A DNA stretch of 64,000 nt. Source: Phoronis australis. Lineage: Eukaryota > Animalia > Phoronida. Positions 22,502 through 36,700 of the stretch are shown here, in pieces (the stretch's first letter is position 1; each line of letters opens with the position of its first letter). The stretch is from NCBI GenBank assembly GCA_002633005.1, contig NMRA01000007.1:564700-628699 (forward strand), given 5' to 3'. A program made the translations under genes and the position numbers. The notes beneath the pieces are model-generated. The model did not search any database. It saw only the letters and a program-made list of their open reading frames with translations, and had not been told where the DNA came from.

Positions 22502-24791
22502 TCATCTGAAAGAAGTAACCAGCTCTTCCAGGGACGCCATTTTGATATCTTCCGCTTTCTTCCTGTTAGAAGATTTCTTTGCATTCTTCCCACAATCTCC
22601 TTCGTTGTTATTCGTCGAGGATGTTTCTGAAGACGACAGGAATCCACTCTCTCTATCAATACTGCTTTGTTTGACATCAGCGGAATTGTTTAAGCCGCCA
22701 TTTAAAATTAGATCGCCATTCTGAATTTTTTTGTCATCGTCAGCAACTCCGGAATCATCCTCGCTAACAAAACTTAATTCTGTGTTCAGACTTGAATGGC
22801 GATCTTGCTTTTTGTCTGACACATAAGATAACGCATCATCACCTTCTTCATACTGACTTGCACTGCGCACTCGACTTCCTATACTATTCTCTTTATCAAA
22901 AATGTCGTCATCGCCTCCAAATTCACAACCTTCAACATATTTTGTTTCTATACTCTCAGTTCTTGTCGTGTCGTCTTTTTTATCATTGTCCGGTCCCGTT
23001 TTTGGACCTTTTTCGTGGACGACACTTAGTTTCTTTTTCTGGGAGGGCGTAAAACTACGCGACGCTCCTGACGAGAGTCTACCAATGTCGCTACGTCTAA
23101 GAGACGAGTTTTTCTGTGACTGCGTGGGAGTGGTTTCTGGAGTAGCGTGTGGGGTAGTATGGATTGATGGTCGAGAGCCCCGTGCAACTACGTCGACGTA
23201 TTGGGTAAGAATGGAACCATCCGAAGCGTTGTGACGAACGTGATGCATAGGAAGGCTCGTCCTTGAGTGGCTGATGGATCCACCGCCGCTGGCATAGGTG
23301 CCCTTGTATTTTGCCGCCCTCTCGTGACAGAATCCATAACGAGAGAGCATCATGAACAAGTCTTTGCGAAATTGTTTTGTGAATATGGCATAAAGGAAGG
23401 GATTCGCACATGAATTAAGGGGATAGAAAAATACAAGGAGAACTTTTGAATTGGTAACGTTGATTAAAACCAGACCTCCAGCTGCTGTTAAAGCAAAAAA
23501 AGCGATAGGCGCGTAACAAGCAAAATCTGTGAATACCAGAATTGCCATGCGCTTTGCAATGGTTGCGTCACTTCCAGGTGCGCTGGAACTGTTTCTATAG
23601 ACTTGGATGAACATGCTGATGTAGCATCCACACACTGCTAAAAAGGCCAAACCGTTGATTATAATGAGAAATAATACATAACCGTGGTCGAGCGGGCTGT
23701 CAAATTTGAACGGCAAGCAAATACTGGTGGTTGCATAGCTGCTGATGACGCCCGACAGTGGTAAAGCCGACATGATCAATGCAAATGCCCAGCCGACGGA
23801 CATGATAACAGCCGCTTGTTTCAGACGCATTCTTTTATTGAGGTGGATAGCATAGCTTATGGCGTACCAACGTTCTATTGTAATAACCGTCAGAGTGTAG
23901 ATGGACAGCTCGCTTGCAAAAATACTCAAGAATCCTGCCGCTTGGCACCCGCCTTCGTTTTGCCAAGGAATAGCGTAGTTAAAGTACTCGCCCAGCGTGT
24001 TGGCGTCTATAGACGCGATGAGTAAAAGGTAGACACCCATTGTGAAGTCTGCGAATGACAGATTGCACATGAGGAATTTTGGAACTGTCATTTTGTTGTA
24101 GCCTGAAAGTATCACCGTAATTACAGCCAGGTTTCCCATAATAGCAGCCATTAAGATAATCCAGATGAAGGCCCGTAACCAAACGTAGCCGAGAACGTCC
24201 TCACACGGGTTCCATGCGTTCGGCTCAGGCGTGCAATTTGTCACATGGAACTGCCTGTAAATGAGCTTTCCACATTTGGCGGTACCCAATACTCCAGTTA
24301 CTATCTCGATAGTTTCTTTCTGAAAAATCTTACTCCCAGTTACGGGGTTCTTGGAAGAAGATGGAGTAGGTCTGGGGGTATCGGCATTCGGCCCAAATCC
24401 TCCACCCTCTTTGACTGCCGAAGGTGGCGAAGAAAAAGTGGAGGGCTCATTAATTGGACCGAAACCAGCTTCTTCATCCAAGTTCCTTTTCGTGAGATAT
24501 CTTTGATGAGCGAACGTTCTCAAGGCGGGAGTTGTGGCCATTGTCGATGCGCAGTCTCTTTGTATCTTTGCTTGTTCTCTCTGATATTCGCGCCAAGCAT
24601 CTGGATTCTGCTTTTCTGGGTTTTTAAAGGCACAACAGTGATGCGGATAGGTGACCTCAGCAATTTTCAGGTCCAAAAACTTCACCACAGGAGGAATTTG
24701 TTTAAGTGATTTTGTATCTTTCAGCTTTAGTTCCAAGAGCTTGTCCAGCCCTTTGGTCGGCAATTTTGTAATTGAAGTTGACGAAAGGTCT
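22502..24791 (-). CDS. LGR terminal exon: last LRRs, hinge, 7TM, long C-tail
   Basis: The 753-aa ORF extends upstream to acceptor atttgtag|A GAC CTT TCG (LDLSSTSITKLP...). Confidence 0.97.
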
Positions 24792-27700
24792 CTACAAATA
24801 TTGAATGAATAATGTAACTATGTAATCAGTTGTAAATCAAATTGAATCTTTTCTTTTGGACATTACTTACAAAATTTAACTTCTAGAACCTCGGAAACAT
24901 CGCGCCCCCTAAGTAATCTGTCACAAACTAAATGCCAGCTCACGATTCTACAACGCTATCTTAGCCTAATTTTCCGCTCTTTTCTCTTCGCTTTCGTTAA
25001 CATAACTATCCTACGTCCAAGTAGATTATAATGAACGTCTAAAGGTTAGAGTAGAAAACTTTCGCTACGTTCTGCAGTCCATCTACACAAGGGGGGAATC
25101 AAAACTAGCCTAGACTTCAAAAACATCAGGCTGGACTGCAAAACCCAATGGCTGGTGTTGTAACCTGGCGATCTGACCTCAAAACGCGATGTGCGGTACC
25201 TCACAGCAGCGGATTTAGAGGGGGGTCAAGGGGACCATGCCCCCCTCCCCTATAATTATCCCAGATAACATTTGTCAGTTCGGGGGTGCGAATGTCTGAC
25301 GGGCAAAACCCTGGCTAATTCTCTGTCCTGGCCTCCCTAACTCAAAATCCTGGATCTGCCCCTGCCTCAAAACCAGATGGCCGCACCCCAAAAATGGTTA
25401 GCCGGACCTGGTTCGGCGGTGCTCAAACACAATGGCTGAACAAATTACCGGCAACTGTTATAGCGCTGGCCATCGTGTTTTTGGTCCAGCCAACTAGTTT
25501 TTGGGTGAGACCATCGCGTTTTGAAGTCCGGACAACACGTTTGTTCACCGGCCATTTAGTTTTGTAGTTCAGTCAACTGGACTGAAGTCCGGGCAAGTGG
25601 TTTTGAAGTCCGACCAATTGTTGATTCTCCCGCTTGATACTCACGGGCGTAGATATCATATACAACGCGGACAAAAATCAAACAAACAAACCCGTTAGCT
25701 TTACAATTTTAACTAATGACTACACTTCCACATTTTTATTCAAAATATAACGAAAATCAGTGCGCAAAAATGACATAGTCAAAAAGTGATACAAGATAAC
25801 TCACTTTTAAATTGTCAAAATCAAAAAAATTTTAAGTCGTAAACAAAAGTGGCTCGCTATCCCCCTGGTACCGATCTACGGCAGACAGTAGCGACCACAT
25901 CTCACCATAAGGCTAAACAAATGGGTTCCTACAACTTTTTCTTCATTAACAGTACTATACCCATTTCACGGCCTAAAAACACATTTTTGGGATTATTTTT
26001 GGATTTCATAGACGTTTTGAAGTTATCAGTTTAGTCCAAAACCAAAAAAACGATAAGATTCGTTATTTTATTATTTTATCACAAATCGTCGTCGTTGTTT
26101 GCCAGGTATTCGCCTAAATTAAGACCGTGTGACTATACTCCACCGTATGTTGAGTGCGGTTTAGCTCAGCCCGCATTGTTTTCAACTGCCAACGTAGATT
26201 CCCAGTTGAAATCCATGCTGAAGTTGTTCTCAGAAAGTAGCTTTGCCTGGCTGATAATGTCACTGATAATTTACTTACAAAATGTTCAGTTCCTTGATTC
26301 CTTCAAATGCATAATCTCCAAGTGTGGACAGTTCTGCATTCTGCGACAAATTTCTGTCAAGAAAAACACATAGCTACGTTAGTACCATGGGGTACGTGAA
26401 CAACATGCATCGCAGTTTTCCGCAAACAAGGTCGGGGCGTATGTCGGAAAATGAAATTTCGGGACCAAAAATCAAATCCAAACGTATGTCGGGGAGTACC
26501 ACGTGCGTGGTGTCAATGCAACAGAACAATCAAAATAAGAACTGAGACACAGAGCGCGGTCTAGTGGCAGAGATTGCGGGTTCGAATCATGACTCATTTC
26601 TAATTTTATGTAGCCTACTGACGTGCAACATGCATGGTGCGTACCAAAGGACCTTTATGAATAAAGTTTATTAGGATTAGCAGCAGCAGCTGCAGTAGCA
26701 GTAATTAGCAGTACCTAGCAGTACGTAGCTGCAGCTAGCAGTAGCGATCAGTAGCTAGCGGCAACTAACAGCAACAAGCTGTAGCTAGCAGTGGCTATCA
26801 GTAGCCATCAGAAGCTAGCAGTAGACAGCAGTAGTACTAGTAATAGTATAGCCGTCGCCTAAGTGGACAACTCACATTGAAAATAGAAGTTCAGTTTACT
26901 TCTTATGCATTTGGTGAAATGGTGTGACGTCATATTACGAGAAAAAAATCATACTTACAATCTAGTTATATCCGTGATATTGAAAGCTCCGTTCTCAATG
27001 GTTTGTATGCCTGTATTGCGTAACTTCCTGTAATACGAATTTCGAAGCATTTAAATACATGCAACTTTTTCATGAAAAATCAGCATTTTAAAATTTGCTG
27101 CTTCAATCGCAGATCCTGAATTTTGTACAGGGTGTCCATATTCCTGTCACACACTCCCTTGTGTTGCTATCACGCCTGCGCGGTAACGGGAGTGTTTCTG
27201 CACTATTGCAGGGACGCTTACTACGTGTCCTAAGTCAGTGCATACTCTTGAGGTTTTACGTCTTATAGTTGGATAAAATTAAAGTATCTGTTGTTACTGT
27301 GGGTGTTGGGGGACATGACTGGAAAGGTTATCAACGTGAAAACATAAACTTTACTGCACTTGATGATTGCAGGTGGTGTTGGATCGTTATTTTAAGGGAT
27401 GTTATCGTTTTTACTGTGAAAAAACGTGTTTTAGGGAGTGCTGGAAGACTTCTTGAAGTTGTTAGCATTGAAGAGAGCTATAAAACAAAAATAACGTAGT
27501 GGGTTTTGTACAATGATCTCCCTTGGGCTCTCGGTTACGGGGGATAACGACTTCGCCATGCAATAATCTATATCTATCTTACATTAAACATCTCAAACAC
27601 ATTCTATTTTTTTAACTCATCAAACTTAGCTCGAATCACCGCATCAGGAAAATATTGTCCTAGATAAAAACTACTATCGAAGTTGAATGATTAGAAAACG

Positions 27701-30700
27701 ATTGTAACCAGGGACTGGTTATAGGAAAACGTGAACTATTATGACAAAAAATGTGTTGGGAACTTGTATTCTATTTAAACATAATACAACTAAATGGTAC
27801 CAAGAATTTCCGAAAATACGTCTACCCAAAAGTACGCTCAATGCCCTATTTTCAGAAAATTGTCCAAATTTGCGTCCATGGGATTATTTTCGGAAACCAT
27901 TTGCAAGCTCAGGAAAAAACTGGTGGATTCGTTTGAAATACGTAGGCAATTTGTTCTGACGTAAAATTTCGTTTATTTTGGTAAGACTTTACCGAGATTT
28001 AATTCAAATATCTATCATTTACAACTAGATATTGGGTGACTTTGCTGTTAACCAACCGTAACACAGTTTTAACGTACTATGTTTGCTGAATGCAAAATAG
28101 TACATGTAGCAACGATTAAAATTCTTACTATCAACTGAGACACAACTGCATACATTAAAAAGGAGGTGCATATTTAAAAAATAATACTAGTTTAACAGCT
28201 AATAATCAGCGATAATTATTTGCTTAAAAACTATATCAGAAAATGTTGAACACAGCTTCCGAAAATACGCCCAAGCCTTTATTCGATTTTGGTCGTTTTC
28301 CGAATCTTCGCATACTGGCCTATTTTTGGAATTTCACCGCAAGTAAAAATGATTTGTCACGCTCCGAGCGCTCCCTGTTGGCTCAGCTTAGGGTTAGAAC
28401 TCTTGCCCTGCGTTGCGTGAACTTGGGAATCCTGCTTAATCTCAAGATCGCTTATGGGTGAACTTGGAATTGAATACTGTTTAAGGCAATCAAGAGAAAA
28501 TTTTTGTTCAGTGAAAAGAATTTTTGTAATTATTGGTCTCACGATAGCCCATTTTCTCCTTTACCGTAACTGGTGTAGCAGAATCGGAGGAAATTTTGAA
28601 TGGCTAAATCAATTATTGTTTGGTGAAATAGATCGCCCGTAGTTGAAAAAGGGTTGGTTAAAATTGACATTATTTTATTCAGATGTAATTTGATTTAGTA
28701 CGGTGTTAGTGCGGTGAAATTTTTTATGAGCGTGAACGTGATTATTTGAGTAAACTTGTAAAGTTGCCTCACGCATTTCAAGTTCACCCATACGGGATCT
28801 TGAGATCAAGCAGGAATCCAAGTTCACGCACTCGCAGAAACTGGTGTACTCCTATAGATGAAAGGTAAATTGTTATAACTCAACTCAGTTTAAGATGAGC
28901 TGCATTTTGATTGTACGATTCACGAAGAACACGTATGTGTTAAGTATATCACTTTAAGTACCAAGCTTTTCAGACTATAGCAGAGGGAACCATTAAACTT
29001 ATTATTTCACCATTTTCAACGAAAATTTGCCAAGTCAACAAACTCAAAAATTCGTACTTGTGACTGAGTACGTTTATGTGGCCCAAAATAAGAGAAGTTA
29101 CTCAGTCTGAGTATATTTTACGTTTCGAGCAATAACAGGGACTAGGTAAAATTTGGTGGTCGTGGGTCCAGGGTGTTTTGCTGGTTTTCTTTTAAAAATG
29201 GATTGAACAAGAGGCCCGGACCCACTGGATAACCCCGTTGGATTTGCACATGCGCTTGTAATACCCACACACAACTACCGACTGGAGTTACATGGGGTAG
29301 GTACGACTAGTATGTCTCAAACTCATTTTTCACTAACTCTTTAGGTCGCTATATTTAGTGGAAATAAGGGGGTGCTCAAAAGCTTCTTACAAATCGTATG
29401 TCTTGACTCTGTCAAAGGCTCCCGTTTTGATAGTCTTTATCTTGAGATTGTTGGAAAAGTCCCTAGAAAAGAAACCTGAAAATCATTACTTAAAAGTTCT
29501 TCATACAAAGTCAATGAGTTACATACTAGTTAACGTTTTCAGCTATGGGTTCTACAGCCATTGTCAAACTAATGATGTTGTAAATGGGTTGGATGCGTGA
29601 CGTCAGTCTTATAGGCTGGTAGCAAGATGCCTTCTGCATGAACAGAGGCATCGGTCAGTATGCCTTGCCAGATATCTACGTCGTTGCAGAGCACTACAAG
29701 CGGACGAGACGACCGATAGATGTACCCACGGCGCATAAGGAGACGTCACATGTCCAACGTTATCTGGTACGTAACTCACTGACTGTGTGTGAAGAATTTT
29801 TCAATATTATGCATTCGCCTGTCAAATCGACTTATCTCGAGAAAAACTAAATATTTTCACGTGCCTAAGCAATCATCACCGTCTTTCGCTACAGTGTCTG
29901 AATGTTGTTGAACATAGTCACTCCGTATCTTACTCGGCCTTTTTCGTATAAGGTTGATATTCACGTGCTAACTGCCCCGCTTGTATTTTGTGAACACTCG
30001 ATGGATCACTAATTAGCTGTAACAAATGGCGCACAGAGGGAGAACTGGGTTAAAAAAAATCTTGCTTTTCATTATGGCAATCTGTTATTGATAGCACTTG
30101 AAATTGACAAAAAATACAAACAAAACGCAGTAATAATTATGCTGTTACAAATCAGGGAGTTTATACGCTACAAGTTAAGAATTGCTAATCTTCTTACACG
30201 CCATGTGTTGGTCACATCACGTGACTTATAGTTGAGTCTGAAAAGATCGCCAGGGCGGACGAGCAAGGAGACTAATAATTCTTATTTGTAAAATGCAAAA
30301 CTGATTGGGTACGCAAGAAACAACAATTTCGCGAGTGATCAAATGTTAAAGGGTTGGAAAAGATATTCATGTTTAGTAACATCGCAGTTCCCATTCGTGT
30401 TGCGCTTCCGAGTACTATACATCGATTTCGTGCCACACAACGTTCACGCATTGCTAAGTGACAACGTGCGCTGATACGCCGTAAAATGTAACAATTTTGT
30501 AAAACGTAGCAACTGTTACATTTTACATCATAGTTACATTTTACGTTGCAAGGCCTCTCTTAAAATGTAACAAGTTGTTACATTTAATGTAATTGTTACA
30601 ATTTACGTCGAATGCACTTGCGAGAAATGTATCATTGTTACAATTTACGAAACCAACGTCGTATTTCATGAGTTTGCTTGATATTTGTCACAAGGAAGAA

Positions 30701-33700
30701 AATCCGTTCACACACTTATCGCCTTCTTTCTCGGACTGTGTGTCGGAATGAAATTCTATCAAATGTGCCAGGTCGAACTTATAAATGTGTCCTTATGTGC
30801 CTTCCATGGTTTTTTAACATGAGTAGTTAACAAGTTTTGTGTTGTTAAAGGGTTCTTGCAATCTTTTGTTGACGCTCACAGGTCATAAACCAATTGTGTA
30901 TACTGCATTACGGTAAACGCACTTCCCTTGGTAAGTACAACAATGGCATCGTATTTGGGTAATATTTACCGTATTTCTGCGGGAACAAACGACAATAACC
31001 AAATTTTTCCTGGAGAATTCAATTTCGGAAGCCAATTTGATAGAAAAAAAAACCCACGATAGTTTGGTTTATTTCGGCCAGTGTTTTATTGCCTTGGAGT
31101 CATCGCTTATGCAGTAACTGACCTGCTAAACACAAAAGAAGCAAAACCAATGTTTCTGATGCCGACAGGTTCTGCCTACCACCTTAGTTACGAATGACAA
31201 TTTCTTAAAGACATTGTAGTGGAAGGAAATAAAAGCACGCATTTATTTGCCGGCAGGTTGACAGATTTTGTCAAAGCAACATCAAAATATCGCCTTTGAA
31301 AAGGGCGAGCCAATAGTTTTAAAAAAGTGGCGGCATAATTACGTGTTTTATACAGCTTAAAAGCTGAAAGAAATATCTTTGTCCCTGTGACGTCAAACTT
31401 GTCTGAAACAGTGGTGGTAACAACAGGTCAGAGCGTGACGTGTATACGTAAAAACGGGATGCCAAGCTGGGGAAATAGGAAATATTTTGCACCCTGAAAA
31501 GACATGATCATTTTGCTCAAACTTGGAAAGGTCTAGGTCGATAGTTTAAAAGGGCAATAATCCAAAAAGCTGACTGTCGGTCTTTCGGACTATAAAAACA
31601 TGCACTTTCTCTTTTTATTGTCTTTTAAGATAAATTATGAATTAAAATTGCTATTTGGGCAATGTTCATTAGGTCGAAGTACATATAAATGAAGACAATG
31701 ATTGGACTTTCTATCATTAATAGACAAGAAGTCACGTGTCTCATGAGGCGCCATGTTTTGTGTTGCATAAACGAATTTGGTATACATGTATTTACCCCTT
31801 TGATACATTGCATTAAGTGCTCATATTAAACATCACTGACTTCGACGTTGGTGGTTTTTGTTCCATACAATCCACTTTCAATGAAACCTAGTTCAAATCA
31901 CTCTGTTAAATCACTGTGTTATTCTAGAAATATTGGGGCCCGTTCCACATAAAATTGTTGCGCGGTTTGTATACCCATTACCAGCTATTCTAATGACCCA
32001 GTGATCGCAGCCGACTAATCGTTAGTTCTGGAAAATGTCTGGCTCCAGAGTTCAACTTAGTGCAAAGTTGAACTTACACATTATCGTGGAACAATACCCA
32101 GTTCTTTGACAAGTAATGTTTTCAACAAGAGACAAAAATTATTACACGGTGGGTATCCTCACATTTAGATGAAAGTCGCGAGTAAAATAGTGCGCTCTGA
32201 ATTCAGTTCTTCTTGGCAAACTACAGATGGACATAGTTATATTTTCAAACAACACAGTGCTTGTGGATAGGTCAAAATAATCAATTTTTAAAGTTGGTGC
32301 ACGTCTAAACAAGATTTTAAATTTCATCCTCCTCGTTTCAAAGAATTAGGCCTACTCTGCATCCACAGCTCTCAAGAAGTTCCTCACAATATCGTTAAGG
32401 CTGAACATGGGAACCCCTTTAAAATTCTTTGGAACGTCACTCGCTGTTCACTATCAATGGAAAGCCCGATGAAAACATTGGACCATGATTGAGATGATTT
32501 TAAAATCGTTGAGGACCATGATGTATTAGCACTTTGCTAAACATGTATTGTGTCCTCGTTAAATAAATTTTAAAATATTCATAATAATAAGAACGATAAC
32601 GAAAACGTTAACGAGTAACATTAGTAATAGCAGTAATAGTAGTAATAGTAATAGTAATAGTATTAATAGTAATAATAGTAATGTAATACTAATAAAAATG
32701 ATAATAGGTAGCCAGATTCATGTCGTGTCAGCCCGGAGGGCATTCTATAGAAGAGGTATACCAAAAGTGCAGCCCAAAAGGGTGTTCTTTCACAGAAAAA
32801 ATACTCTCCAAAATGGTGCCATTTTCGAGAAACTTATATCTAAAAGGTGCCGTTCCTGAATTTCTGGAATAAAAGTGTGCGAAAATGTGAATTTTTACAC
32901 AAATTAGTCTCTAAATGGGTCACTTTTTTGTCCGAGCCCACTCTCTAAACGGGTACGTATTTAAACTTTTCGGGCGGCACCCCTCGTACAAAAATACTCC
33001 AACACCCCCTGGTAGTTTCACATACCACTTGTTCGCGATTTTGGTCATTTTCCTTGCAATATGAAGTGGGTTTCGTAAAATGTAACAATGGTACATTTCT
33101 CGCATGTGCGTTCGACGTGAAATGTAACAACTACGTAAAACGTAACAACTTGTTACATTTTAGGAGAGGCTTAGCAACGTAAATTGTAACAATGACGTAA
33201 AATGTAACAGTTGTTACATTTTACGAAATTTTTACATTTTACGGCGTATCAGTGCGCTTTGATTGACAGGTGGCCAGAAATTCCACCACTTCCAAGTACG
33301 TGTACAAATACATCGCTTTCTACTGCGGCGTGATAACAACGTAGACAGGGGCCTATCACGGAAGTGAAGTCAGTGGTCTACCACGACGCGGTGCTTTTAA
33401 TGGGAGACTTCCTAGCAGCAATTTGGTGACTGATCACACGGTACCGGATATTGATAAAGTTTACAGAACGAGGAGGCAACATCGCTTTGGTTTAAAAGCA
33501 CCACCTCGAACCACATTCACTGTAAAAGGGTTTTTTTCGGGAAGTTAACATGTTCCCCTATACTGCTCGCTGTGAAGAAGAAGTACGCACATGTACCTCA
33601 CACCGAAGTTTAGGTTTGCGCACACTCAACGTATGAATGTCAGTTAGTGAGACAACTTAATACTCACATGACGGATAATCCATGTTCTGCTTGGAATACA

Positions 33701-36700
33701 CCTAAGTGGGGGAGTTCGGTAAGTCCCGTATTTCTAATGACCCTGCAAACACAAAACATCGGTGGACTGGGGGGAAAACGGAGTATTTCTTTAACGTTGA
33801 CGTCATGATCGTATCAGTGTATTCGTGTGGGCGGAGATTTTTTTGAAATGCAAATAAAAGTTTTGTTTTTAAAAGTTAGAATTTTCGTGTGGACGACAAA
33901 CTTTTTAAACACGATACGCTAGATACAGAAAGAAAATTTTGAAAACGACCCCAAAGCAATACGAGAACTTTCTGAAATGCAACGAAACAGTTACATTTTC
34001 AAAATGAAAGCAAAGGCGCGTGGACAGGACCTAATTTGCAACACAAGTTGATGGCATCAATTAAATTGATAACAGTACTTCAATTAAAAATATTGCTATA
34101 TGCCCACCTTCGTCAAAACAATTAAAATTTGATTCAGACCACTCACTGTTATTGCACGGCTATCAACTTGTCACCTGCTTAAATGTTTTATAATCAGGTT
34201 CAAAGTAATTTCTTATCCATGAAAAAATAATAACAAAATAATTGCAGGCCGTCTGGTTCACGTTGCACCAAACGTGCGAAGACCGCTCACGTGATCTCAT
34301 TGCAGTGATCACCTGGAACCATTGTGGGTAAAACTGAGCTGAGGAGCTAGAGACGTGACCCAATGTTCTAAAAGTGTGACCTAGTGAGACTGGAACCCAC
34401 AACCTTTAGTAAAGGAAGCGGTCACCTATCTCAATAGTCCACACTGCTTCCTACTCCATGATAAAAACTGGCAGATCGAAATTGTTTGATATCATGCTCA
34501 ACAACTTGGTTTGTCACTGCCTGTCATCTCATGCGCGCCGAAAATGGTCTCGAGCAATAACGAACTAACAGGCCTCCCAAGATCAGAAACCACTTCTCAT
34601 TGTAGATAGGAACAGGTTGAAATGATTTTCATAGTGTTAAGTTGTCTAAATCAAAACGTGTTTTGTCGGAAGGCACTTTCATAGGCCTGTCTACGCTTAT
34701 TTATTTTGCTTTGTTATGTTTATTTTGGGAAATAATCATGCACGACGTACTATACTCACAGGTTAGACAGCTTCTCAAAATGATATAGAACCCCCTCTTC
34801 AACTTTCGACAACAGCGGACAGTCGTAGATTTGCCTGGAAATGAAACACGGTTTTCTGATCGGTTTGTTTATACAAATGCAAGTATTCGCCTTTCATGCA
34901 AAAACAAGAGAACATATTGAATTACCAAATCAATTCGTCCCGAGTCGACAAGGGAAACTAGAAATTTGGTTGGGTACAAACTGCAAGTCATTTGAGAATC
35001 TTTCCGTATGAATTGTTACTGGCAATACTAGGGGACACGGCTTCAAACTTGGAGATGGTGTCTAGGCTTAGAAATCGGTGTCCGCTCAGGGGCATGAGTC
35101 TCATTTTTGTACTTGAAATTGAAATCAAAAATATTTTTGACATATTTTTGACTCAAGACATGTGTCTATCATTCTGAGATCGAGTACATGATAATTTGCG
35201 TGTACGACTGTCTAACTCTAGCTTCCCCTTGATGACCCCACCATTAAAGCTTAAGTTCGAGTCTTGAATTCGAAATTTCGAGTTTTTACGCGAAATCTCG
35301 AGTTTTTACTCGAGTCTGTAGCTCGAATCTAGAGGCAATCAAGTGCGAATTTGGACTAGACACTCATCGGCATCAAGTACAACACACTGGGGTAGAGAAA
35401 ACAAACACTTAACTTAAGTTTGCACAAAAATAAAACAGTAAATAACAAAACTAATTTCGAGGTCGCTTTCCAGTAAAATATTAGACCCCGGACCTTGGAA
35501 ACTTAGAATTCTGTTTAAATCTAATTGAAATGGCTGTTTTGACGTGTNGAGTTTTTACGCGAAATCTCGAGTTTTTACTCGAGTCTGTAGCTCGAATCTA
35601 GAGGCAATCAAGTGCGAATTTGGACTAGACACTCATCGGCATCAAGTACAACACACTGGGGTAGAGAAAACAAACACTTAACTTAAGTTTGCACAAAAAT
35701 AAAACAGTAAATAACAAAACTAATTTCGAGGTCGCTTTCCAGTAAAATATTAGACCCCGGACCTTGGAGACTTAAAATTCTGTTTAAATCTAATTGAAAT
35801 GGCTGTTTTGACGTATTGCTGATCCACTGAAATATAGTTGATTTTGCGTTGAGTTTTTGTTATTTTGGCGTTTAATAACAGAGCGTGACATCAAATTTCA
35901 CAGTGACGTCATTCTACATAAAAGGAAAACCCAAGTGTAGCCATATCACACATTTTTACAGATTTGTAGAAGACAAAGATCAAACTACAAAATATCGAGA
36001 TTTTAAAAATTCAATGATTACATTTAAATTGTGTCGAATCCCCTTAAATCATACTTAAAGCAACTTACAATGTTAGTAAATTAGGCGTGTACGAGAAGAG
36101 TAGCGGTTCAATGTATCTCAGAGCCTTGTCTTCGCTGATCACTCTGAAAAACGTGATTCAGATAAATAATACATGCAAAAACCAGGTGTGGGCCTAAGAT
36201 AATAGTTCAGACTTTAGTAAGTTAAATAAACCGGGAATGGCTACCTTACAGCATTGGCGACATTCGCCAAAACCCACGCCCATTTCCGGAACCTAGGGTA
36301 GAGATTTTTTCTCCGAGCCTCGCCTGGGGTTGGAATTTCCTGGTACGTGGACGTACGAAAACGCATTGTACGGTTGATTCTTGAGAGGTAAGGCCCCTGA
36401 GACACTTCTCAATCGAGTCCGCAGCAAGTGAAGATCGATTGATTGGGCTTCTCCTCTTTTCAGTGTATTTATGTCTTCTGTACAACTCACTCTCCAACAG
36501 TTATACGTGACGTTAGAATTACAAATTGAAATTGCTGATTATACAAAAGAGTGCTTAGCACGGTAACAGCGAACAGTCGCATGGGCGAGGTGCCAATATT
36601 GATTCTGGTATGGGGCAACTTGAGTGATGTCCGGACCCGCAGCATCGTGGGTACCACGTACTGCAGAATCAGGGAGAGCACAGGGGCGTTCAGAGACTAA

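Noticed and set aside
18520-22502. Functional coupling of the convergent phospholipase and GPCR genes as a signalling 'system'
   Set aside because: Adjacency alone is not evidence in animal genomes; it would need conserved synteny or co-expression, which cannot be seen here.
22542-24709. Several ORFs overlapping the receptor exon (e.g. 24245-24709 +, 22902-23234 +)
   Set aside because: Antisense or alternate-frame shadows of the LGR coding sequence.
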